Below, piece by piece: positions 36,101 to 45,486 of a stretch of 64,000 nt of DNA (position 1 is the stretch's first letter; the number at the start of each line of letters is the position of its first letter). The stretch is from Amoebophrya sp. A120 (Eukaryota > Protista > Dinoflagellata), in assembly GCA_905178155.1 (NCBI GenBank), contig CAJINV010000008.1, positions 1,426,001-1,490,000 on the forward strand, given 5' to 3'. A program made the position numbers and the translations under genes. The notes under the pieces are model-generated. The model was not told where the DNA came from. It searched no databases and saw only the letters and a program-made list of their open reading frames with translations.

Positions 36101-39100
36101 CGGGATTCCCCGGCAGCGCAAAGTGCAGAAATCCGAGTATGGAGTTCTCAAATGTTACATTCTCAACTGTTACATGAAAATTGTAATACAAGACTGGCAA
36201 AAGCGAAAGGAGGAAGATTGCGCCTTTTGCATATACAAGTTTGGCGCAGATTCAGATGCTGTTTAGCCCTTCCGAAATTTGTCATGCGAAGCAGCTCGAT
36301 CATCTGCCGGCTGAAGGTGCTTTTGCATGACAGATTCATGTAACATTTGAGAGTGTAACGCTTGAGAACGCCATACCGAGCAAGTTGAGTTCCTGCACAC
36401 GGATGAATATAGTTTTCCGCAGTGGGTGGAGTACGCCACCTCAGACGCACGATACACGGGCCTGCTCTTTCACGAACTGCGGAAAAAACTCACCGCGGAG
36501 GATTGGTCGACTGACATACTTCAGAGAGGAAGTAGCCCGCAAGGTTTTACTTCCATGAGATCGAACTCGTTTTCAGCGCGCGATCAAATAAGCGAAGAAG
36601 AGGACGATGACCTCCAAATTGCCCACGCTAATGCAGCCGCTAGTCGAGGATCTTTCCGGGCCAAGCAGCATCGGGGAAGGCGAGGGATCTCTTCTTGGAA
36701 CGACAGCAAAGGCCAACACGGCCTGTGGCGCGGCGCTGCCTCCTCAGGGCCCCAGTCTCTGCACAGCCGAAATCGATCATCTGCAGCATCCTCTCAACAT
36801 GCGGGGGCGGCCGTCAAAAGCTCCTTCAGGACTCCTCCTGGTGCCGCACCTGAACGGCGATCCGCTGCGTTCCAGCACTTTTTGCGGTCTCGGAATATGT
36901 GGGTGTTCTACGAAAACTACTACCAGAAATTCGGACAGCTGCTGAATGAGATGGAAGTTCTGGGTGTGCCCATCGATATCGAGCATTTGGAGCGGGTGGA
37001 GCAGCAGGCGACGCTTGATGTCGAGAAATATCGAAAAGAGGTGAACGACTGGATTCAGGAGCATCTACCTGCCATGAAGAGGCCAGATTTGTTGAACCTA
37101 GGCTCGCCGGAGCAGCTGCGGGTGTTTCTATGCAATACACATTTCGACTTACAGTACATGCACAAAATGCACATACAAGCTTTCCTAACTGAGAGAAACT
37201 ACTCGATATGCTTGTCATGCGGACCGCGATTGAAGGCAAGGCTTGGGTTTGTCATCCAGAGACCGCATTTGTACTTGTATGGGAGATTTCCTGTGGATAG
37301 TTTCTCTACGGAAACTATTGCCCGCGGGTCGGACAACGCGGACAGGCCGTCAGGAATCAGCGCGACCGAACGAAAATGGTTCCGCCGAAACGCGAGTTTA
37401 CGATCGAAGTGCTACAGGAAGGTGACGAATGTAGTTCGCCGTCCGAAACGGCGGTAGGTACTACGTCTCTTGAAGAGGACACCGCAAGCAACTCCACCAC
37501 GCGTGAGGAAATCGGCACCCACGGGGGGTCTACTCAGGACCAGGACGCACCGGCTCCGAGCGCTGGTCGCCCAAAGACGAAAACCAAGGAGACTTTTCTT
37601 GTCTGCGGTCTAAACTTGCGCCCGGTGCGACACGACCGCGAGTTCATTGGACAAGGCGGCTGGCCCAAGTATCAGACAGAAAGCATAGAAACTTCAACTT
37701 AGTTACTCTCGTGTATGTAAAGATCACGGTGCACGAAGCAGTACATACATTGACGCTCGGAGAAGAAAGGATTACAGCAAGTGGCGGTGTTAGTCGGTAG
37801 TAGCAGTAAGTAGCTCTAGCTTGAATTAGCTTCTGTAGTTTGATACAAGAACTTGTCGAGCCTCACTGGAGAGACTCCGGGACCAGTGCGCAAACCACTA
37901 CTACGAGAGCGAGCGCGCAAAAGCGCCTCTGCTAGAAGCACTGATGAAGGCAAAACAAGCACAGTCAATGTATGGGAGCGTCAGCTGGGGAATCGGTAAT
38001 GCACCTCATGACCAAACCAAAAGTAAAAAAGCATGAAATTATGCATGATACATTGTTGTTGTCGTTTACAAGTTCCCGATTGAGACTTCCATACATTGCT
38101 TGCGTACTTCATTAAACCACTGAAAGTATCAAAAGCAAAAATGTCTGGGTCTGGAAGGAGGCGGGATTTGTCATGCTAGTTGGGCATGACACGGAGCTCT
38201 GTATTGCGTGGCCAGCAAGAGCTCCTCTTATCTGTCATGCAAAAACGCTGTTTGTCATGCGGAATACGCAACAGGGAGCCACGGATAAATTTGTCATGCC
38301 TGGCGGCGCATTACAGTGCGCTTTCTTTTCACTGACATGCATCACAAATTTCTAGACCCAGACATTTTTACAGTTGATAGAAAGCGCTGGCTAGCGACAG
38401 TCGAGGAAGGATACATCCGAGTCTGATGCTAGACACGTCGACGGGACGGCTAGCTTGCCGCGCACCAAACCTGCAAAATCAACCAGCACTGGACAAAGAC
38501 GTACTATCGTGTCGAAAATTCAATTATAAGATGTTGACGATGTGGATGAGTCGGTGTAGATGCTCTGTTTTTAGCCACTGCATATCACAAAAAAAAACAT
38601 GTCTTTTTACACGCGTCATTCCATCTCCGTCGTCAACAGGTGTACCAGATTCGTCGTGCGGTTCGTGCTTCCGAAAACAAGTGCCTGGTCGTTTGTGACT
38701 TTTCGCAGCTAGAACTGCGAGTCTTTGCGCACGAGACGAACTGCAAGAGCATGCTGGAGAAATTCGAATCTGGAGGGGACTTCCATAGCGAAACGGCAGC
38801 GGAGATGTATCCGCAGGAAATCGGTGAACCGCTGCGGAAGAAAGAAATATATCAGAGGGGTACAGGACCACTTACGACTTCCTTTTGTGAACTTCCTCAT
38901 CGTCGATCCTCGCATGATTGCATCACGGTAAACCACCAAGCACCAGCTGTTTCTGCATCAATTTTGATGTATTCATTCGGATTCGAGCTCTGAAACTTGC
39001 ACTTGTCTAGATGACGCATTCGAGCTGCAAACAAAACACCATTAGCATTATTGTTATTCATGATACTGACCTACAACGAACATCATAGGTCCAAATAGAA

Positions 39101-40713
39101 AAAACCTCAGAGACGAGTCGAATAAGGTCGAAGAAAAAGAATGCGAAACGAGGGGGGACCAACATGGAGATGAGAAGTCGTATTTGTGCAATATCATAAG
39201 TTTAGCAACGAAGATATCAAGGAAAAATTCGGCGACAAGAGAAAGGCCGCGAAAACGATGAACTTCGGCATCGCCTACGGTCGCAGCGCGTTTTCCATCG
39301 GCAAGGAGCTGTATCAGAAGCATACATGTCTCGATCAGGAAAAGCGTAAGCAGGTTGAAATACGCTCTGATGTTTGATATGTTGTTGCCCTGCCCCTGCC
39401 GCACAGCACCACGATGCACAAGCGTATTATGATGTGTGATGAATCTTCACGGCGGTCCTTTTCCCGTGTACGTCATCAGAAATGAGCGGAATTTGCTTCC
39501 GGTAGAGGAGCTGGAGCAAGCTCAAATTTACTCATAAATCATCTGGATAGCAGCTGATTGCGTCGCGGCCCAGAGCGGGCATGCGACCTGTAGGCGGGTG
39601 CTGCATTCGGTAGTTGTACTGTCTTGGTCTTACGCTTAGCTGAGGACGACTTGGACATGTTTACAACGCATAAGCCCGATGTGAGCACGAAAGAAGCTGA
39701 AGAAGTTATCGAGAAGTGGTACCACTTCAAGCCTGAGGTTATCAAGTGGAAGCGGCAAATCGAGAAGCACATGCGGCGCCGGAAAAAGACCGCGTCGCTC
39801 TTCGGAAGGAATAGAATGCTGCCACACATTCTGCACCACGAAGTGAAGCATCGCCTTCACAGCGAGCGAGCGGGGATCAACCACAAAATCCAGGGGTACA
39901 ATGAATACTAACTTGATGTAGATTTTTCCTCCTTCCCACCTTAATACGGGACCATCTCCATCGCGACTCCATGTTATGTAGTTGGCCAGCACCACATAAT
40001 AGATTCGCTTTGCCCTCATCCTCACAGCACGAAGTAGCACATGCTCCGCATATAGATTTCAGTTGAAGATGGAGCTATCTCTTCGACATCAGCGAAGTAG
40101 TGACTGGCACCAGGTATAATTAAATCTATCTCATTCAGATCGGCGGCGGACATAGTAATGCTCGCGATGTTAAGAATTGCCGAGCATCCGACCTTGCAGC
40201 AATGGGGCTTCAAGCTGATTCTCCAGATTCACGACGAGGTGATCCTCGAGGGACCACGGGAACACGGAGAGGAGGCATATGGATGTGTCAGGATCGAAAT
40301 CGACAAAATCGAAAAATTTGTGATGCGTAAAATGTATGGCGCTGAAAGCCTGCATTGGGGAGCAGGCAAATGAGACCGATTGTGAGCCTGTTTAGGGGTA
40401 TGCAATGTGCTGCCAGAGTAGCATTGCAGGAGGAGTCTTCTTTGCCCAAACAGCATGAGAGACTGAAATTGGGCACTCCCGAAATTTGTCATGCGCCACT
40501 TGAAAACAGAGGCCAGGCTCCAACTGACATCGATTTTGTGCATCGCAAATTTTTCGATTTTGTCAATTTCGATTCTGACACTTCCATAAGGCGCTGCGGA
40601 TCGTCAAAGACTGCATGTCCAACCCTTTCCCGTCAGAGGGGGGGAACTTTCGGTTCCGGACGCAGTTGGTCGTAGACGGAAAAGTTGGAGACACGTGGTA
40701 TGACTGCAAATAA
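33103..40713 (+). CDS. POP: Family-A DNA polymerase of POP (plant/protist organellar) type with 3'-5' exonuclease
   Basis: WDTE, DFGNG, KVFHNFAYD, YATSDA (exonuclease); GRIHPSL..TSTGRL..PNLQNQPALDKD, DFSQLELR, GGDFHS, RKAAKTMNFGIAYG, IQGSAAD, LQIHDEVILEGP, WYDCK*. Arg/Ser/Ala-rich N-terminus (RLFS). Seven TIR elements plus GT-AG introns. Confidence 0.92.
36138..36375. mobile_element. TIR introner element, family D (238 bp)
   Basis: TIR tatggagttctcaa.tgttaca; TSD ccgag; 243-nt in-frame removal. Confidence 0.93.
37129..37299. mobile_element. TIR introner element (171 bp)
   Basis: Degenerate IR; TSD gtttc; removal gives QLRVF|LYG. Confidence 0.85.
37670..37845. mobile_element. Degenerate TIR element, also spliceable as GT-AG (37669-37849)
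   Basis: tatca...tgata ends; flanks ccaag/caaga; 181-nt removal restores frame. Confidence 0.7.
37971..38093. mobile_element. TIR introner element (123 bp)
   Basis: IR tatgggagcgtca..ggg; flanks caatg/cattg; related to the end of 13329-13587. Confidence 0.82.
38127..38379. mobile_element. TIR introner element, family C (253 bp)
   Basis: TIR tatcaa...aaaaatgtctgggtct; TSD gaaag; removal gives FIKPLK|ALASDSRGRIH. Confidence 0.95.
39312..39672. mobile_element. Degenerate TIR introner element (361 bp)
   Basis: IR tat.....g.a.acatgtc; flanks agctg/agccc; removal gives IGKEL|DVSTKEA. Confidence 0.75.
40278..40588. mobile_element. TIR introner element (311 bp)
   Basis: ~55-bp TIR tatggatgtgtcaggatcgaaatcgacaaaatcgaaaaatttg; flanks aggca/aggcg. 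Confidence 0.95.
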
Positions 40714-41272
40714 TTATCCACTACTGCAGATTTTTCATCGATTTACGAAGGAACTGATTTGGCATGACCAAGATCATTGTCATTGATCCAAAAAAAACAT
40801 AGGACGGTTTTTCGAGCTTTGGATGTTTCTTTTTGCTGACGTTTACTGAATATTTTTTGACCAGAACAAGTAGTAGGAGATCAAAATGAAAGGCAGAATA
40901 AATACTTAAGCGCTTTTTTTTTTTTGAAGTTGCGTTGATGGCTAGCATGGTTGCAGAGATGGACATAGTGAGAATTAGAAATCGATGCTCGTCCCGTATG
41001 GACGACCTTTAGCTTTATCACAAGCGCATGGTTTCTGGATGCGCCTCAGGTTTCTGTTTCGTTAGCAGGTTTAGCAAGATCAATACCTTAGGGATTTTTT
41101 TCAAGGCTGCAGGCACAAGAATAGGTTCTATATCGCCGTTTCAATTTTTGACGCTTTAATATTTTTGCTGATTTTGCTTTGGTATGCGGCCTATGCATAT
41201 ACCTCGGTTCAATAAATATTTTCTACGTGAGGATTCCTCATATTACTTCTACGGGGAGGAGGATGGAAGACG

Positions 41273-44192
41273 ATGATGCAGACATTTCAACATTTTCCGA
41301 GAAGTGAAGATGCCAAGTCGCTGATTGTCACTGTGATCCTTGCTCTTGCATTAGGATCAGGTCGATCAAAAGGCACTAAGAAAAATGCTGTGATTGTGTG
41401 CCTCTGCGGGACGTAGGTGCATCGGAACAGGGTCCTTTCCCGTTTCCTCCGGCGCTGCTGCTGTCTCTAGCAGTAAGTACAATCCGGAAGATCAGTATTC
41501 AGGATCAGGCACAGGTAAGAATTATTTTGGCTTCCTCATTCATCAGAACAGGAGCGGGTCGATGCTGGTGTTGAATATCTCATAATTGACTCTCGTCTTG
41601 CTTTGCTTTTGCGCTCCTTCTTTCATGAGTGGATGTTTTGTTTGAAACAGCGCATGTCGACGAACCTCAAAACTCCCGTAGGCTTGACACAAGATTGAGG
41701 TCGAGGATCGGGCTCGAGTGAAGAGCTCAAATAATAGTAGCGGAACTACTGCTGCCTCTGCTTTCAACTTTCGCAAAGCTTCGTTCGCTAACGGCGTCAT
41801 TCAAGATGGTTACAGCTTCTCGGCCGTCGCACCCGCCTCCCGGTTGTGCCCGGAAATCGCGGCGTGCTGCTGGTGCACGTCTATTGCTCACTCTCTACTT
41901 GCAAGATAACACTATCGGCCGACAGTCTGTTGCTGCGAGTAACCCTGGATCCGATGCGCGGCTCCTCACGTCTGTTCTCATGGACACAGACGACAACTAC
42001 ATCAATGCTTTCGACGACGCCAAGCCACTTGAATTGAAGGAAGCATTGTATCCAGGACCAAGTGTCAGAATCAACAATTACCGGACTTTTTTCAAAAAAA
42101 TTTCACCTGGAGTCAGCATTTAGCATTGCTGCGCCTCGCCAGCAGCTGCGATGAGGACAACTAGAAGAAGTCGTCTAACTGTAGATAGGACAACGAAAAT
42201 CCGCCCACCTTTGAAAAAATCTTCTCATTTGATTTTTCTGATGGTAGCTCTGGCATACTATAATCGTCGGCTTGCACGATGCCATCGACCAGAAGAAGTC
42301 GTCCTACGTGAAAACGTTTATCGAGAAGGGCCAGAAAGTGTGGGACAAGTACGTGGGACAATCTACGTTGCGGCTAATCAATCAACAGCAGCCCCAGACG
42401 CTCCAGTCACCGATTATGCACGCCGTGCTATCAGGGTACACAACTTCCCGACGTACGTTCATGTCACGCACGACGCCAAATCAATTTGATTTGTTTTGAG
42501 TTCGTCTTCCCTACATCAACCTCTTCTAGGCTTCGGCACTGTCTTATGCATGAGAATGAACTGTAGTGGAAGCCGCAGCAATAGAATAAGACGACTTCTT
42601 GTGCGTCGTGTACATTCATCGTATAGTGTTTTTGTCACGCACACCAGGCTACAAGTTTGCTTATTTTCGTGTTTCACCTTCGCTTGCCGTTCTTCATACG
42701 AGATCCTTTGAATGAGTTGCAGTGGGAATTGCGCACCCTGATACATGCTGGCTGGAAAGCTGAAGACCTTCCAGATGCTTCTCGACAAGGATGCCGACGT
42801 AACCATTCCCGAGAAGGATGGCTACACCGTCTTTCACGGAGCGGGATTTCAAGGCCGGGATCAAATTGCGGAGCGCTTGATCGACGCCGGAGTGCAGGAA
42901 GTGCCCCACTCTGATGGCTACAAGGCCTTCCACCGGGCTTGTTGGGGAAGGGAGAAGCGACACACCAAAACTGTTCAGGTATTCAAACTGAAATTTTGTT
43001 TATCGTAGAGTCACGTATATACGGAACGTGGGGCGGATCTCATCATCGAGGACGCTTCTGGTACAGAATGCGTTCTTTCCTGACCACGATCATGTTCATG
43101 CAAGGACATCATTTGATTCACCGTTGAGGAATCGAGCATGACGATGACCATAATTGTGTAATCATTCGTACACCGAGGTCTTCATTGATGCTGGCGTCGT
43201 GGCTTACAATGAGCCAGCGGCGAATGGGAAGACGTGCGCCGAAATGACGAACAACGAGCAGACGAAGAAGTACCTAAAAACCGCACAGAAAGCCTATGAG
43301 GCGAAGCAGAAACAGGAGAAAGAAACGGAGGAAACGGATAAAGAACGCGAAAAGCATATCGTGAGGAAAAATCCCCCTCCCCATATCGAAAAGGTATGTT
43401 TCCGAAAATTTGTGTTCGCTGATTTGAGGCCACAATTCGCATTTCTGTTGCAAGAAGACAACGGCAGAAGCTTTCGCCCCATTATGGAAGCGATTTGTCA
43501 TGCTATTGGGACTAAAGGGAAGCCGTTTGCCAGGCTGAACAACTAGCCCCATACGTCCCTACCTAGCCTGGGGATCTGGCCGCCGTGCCTCTCTGCAATA
43601 CAAAGCTGATTTGTGTACACAAGTCCAGCATCAGAAGCTCCGTTTTGATATGGGGAGGGGGGATGTTTCCTTTTGATAAAGCAGACCAAGTGGCATGAGA
43701 ACCTCAACGCGGAGATGCAGAAGCTTCGCGACAAGGATATGGCCTTCGCAGATCTTGCATAACTTCTCAACTGCCATGCGCGCTTGCAGATGTTTGCCTC
43801 GTCCACTTGTAGTCCATGGATAACAGCAACAAGTGGCCGCACTAGACTTGAAGAGCATATAACCTTTTTGTAGTCGGAGGTCGTGGTACCTACATTTTTT
43901 GGGCCGCAGCCGCTCCCACTTAATACGCTTGCATATTCTGATGCGCGTCCGCTTGAGTGCGACGTACGTAAGAAGGACGTTTGTCCTAATCTTGCACCCG
44001 CCGCCGGATTGAAACTTGCATCGCGAAGATGAATGTAAAAAGAAAGAAAAGCATAGTCGCTGGGTATGTGCAAGAACGTCTGACGAAACCATAACAAGAG
44101 TGCCCGAGAAGGAAATCCAGGACGGCTTTCTGGAAAATCTGAAAAAATACGAACTACCGAAGGATGAAGCAGACCTGGACCCGGACCTGTAG
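41273..44192 (+). CDS. Ankyrin-repeat protein, probably secretory pathway
   Basis: QSPIMHAV|LAGK, DGYTVFHGAGFQG, DGYKAFHRACWG ankyrin motifs; hydrophobic N-terminal exon (SLIVTVILALALGS); C-terminus DPDL*; 5' exons uncertain. Confidence 0.75.
42049..42257. mobile_element. Degenerate TIR introner element
   Basis: IR tat.ccag...tcagaa..tcaa; element+5 restores frame. Confidence 0.65.
42429..42743. mobile_element. TIR introner element (315 bp)
   Basis: IR tatcagggt.c.caa.ttccc; flanks cgtgc/catgc; splits an ankyrin repeat. Confidence 0.88.
43357..43678. mobile_element. TIR introner element (322 bp)
   Basis: ~35-bp TIR ..aggaaa.atccccctccccatatc.aaa; TSD aagca. Confidence 0.92.
43738..44093. 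mobile_element. Degenerate TIR introner element (356 bp)
   Basis: IR tatgg..ttcg.caga..tcttgca; element+5 restores frame to the final exon. Confidence 0.7.
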
Positions 44193-44812
44193 ATGATGTA
44201 GTAGCAAGAACTATCCATCATCGAAGAGAAAGACCGTGCTGAAGCAGGTGCACCCACACAACTGCAACTACTAATAAGATTTTTTTTAAAAACCTCAACG
44301 TCAACAGGAACATGGAGCACACATCTAAGCCAGAAAATCAGCTTCACACTTCTGTCGTGACTTGTGAGTCATCTTTTTCATGCAATTTATCATAAACAAA
44401 AACACAAAAATCATGCTGCTGCTGGTCTACCGAAACTCTCACGTCTTAGGGGGCCGTGTCTGCACACCAATGAATCATATTTTTCGGCAACCGTCGAAGC
44501 TGCTCCTCGCAACCTTTGTTGCAGGACTATCTTGAAAATGACCATACTTTTTGTTTTGCGTGTCATAGACGAAAGGACATGACTGCAGGACCAGAATTCT
44601 CTACTGCTCTGCGTGATGCGCAGCAAGATAAGAGGTGGTTCGCGTTCGGCTACAAAGAGGGCGCTCCTCGTTTATTTGGTTTTATCAACTAGTCATATGT
44701 ATGATGACTGCGCAGCAGGAGGTGTGGGTATCTTTTCTTCGTTCGCGATCATTTTCCTTCTTGGTAGAAAGCGAACTTACCACCTTGTTCTGTTCTTGTT
44801 TCTCGGAACAAC

Positions 44813-45409
44813 ATGCGCAAGGTTCGCGAGCCAACAAACTGCAGGCGATGCGTGTGTTCCCGAAACATCCAACCCAGGGCCTTGTTCGTCTCCCCACCGG
44901 CCGGTGAGTGCAAAAGCAAATGGACGAGCGGCTACTATGTTTCTCCAATCATAACGTCTCGTCGCAGCTCGTCCTCGTCGCTGCTTGTTCATCACCATCC
45001 GCGTGCTGGCACGCCAAAAAATTTTCCATTCACGTTCTCGACCAGCACCAGCAGGAGGACTTTTGGTGCGTCTGCGGGAGCGACAGTGTCATCTTGGCCT
45101 TTTCGCGCACGAAATGACGCCCCCCGCCAGCCCTCGACGTGGTGGGAAAAATGGGTCTATGGCACGAATCCGCTGAATCCGGAAAGAACCCACATTGCCA
45201 AGCTTTTGGAACAAGAAGGTATCGACCCGCTCTTACTTGAGAAGGACGAGGTCGAGACCTTGAAGAAGCTGTACTTGACAGAGGTGCGGTTCTATAAAAT
45301 CGACGACCAGGAAGACGGTGGCGCAAAGGCCTGGGAAATCGTGAAAAAGAAGTACGAAGAGAAGTTCCACAAGTTGCAACACTGCTTCGGCGGTTCGTTT
45401 CCGCGGTAG
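44813..45409 (+). CDS. Hypothetical protein (possible organellar presequence; may be the 5' exon of the next ORF)
   Basis: 198-aa ORF, Ser/Arg-rich N-terminus, charged helical C-terminus. Confidence 0.45.
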   Translation: MRKVREPTNCRRCVCSRNIQPRALFVSPPAGECKSKWTSGYYVSPIITSRRSSSSSLLVHHHPRAGTPKNFPFTFSTSTSRRTFGASAGATVSSWPFRARNDAPRQPSTWWEKWVYGTNPLNPERTHIAKLLEQEGIDPLLLEKDEVETLKKLYLTEVRFYKIDDQEDGGAKAWEIVKKKYEEKFHKLQHCFGGSFPR

Positions 45410-45486
45410 AAGTAGAGTGAGACGACCTGCTTCGCGCAGGCTCCTGCGGCTGCAGCTGCTTCTCGTAGTGCATAGAATCGCTGCTG

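Noticed and set aside
2700-40600. Pseudogenes, programmed frameshifts or stop-codon reassignment explaining the broken ORFs
   Set aside because: Where junctions could be resolved, stops and frameshifts fall inside elements or GT-AG introns; the spliced products keep intact catalytic motifs.
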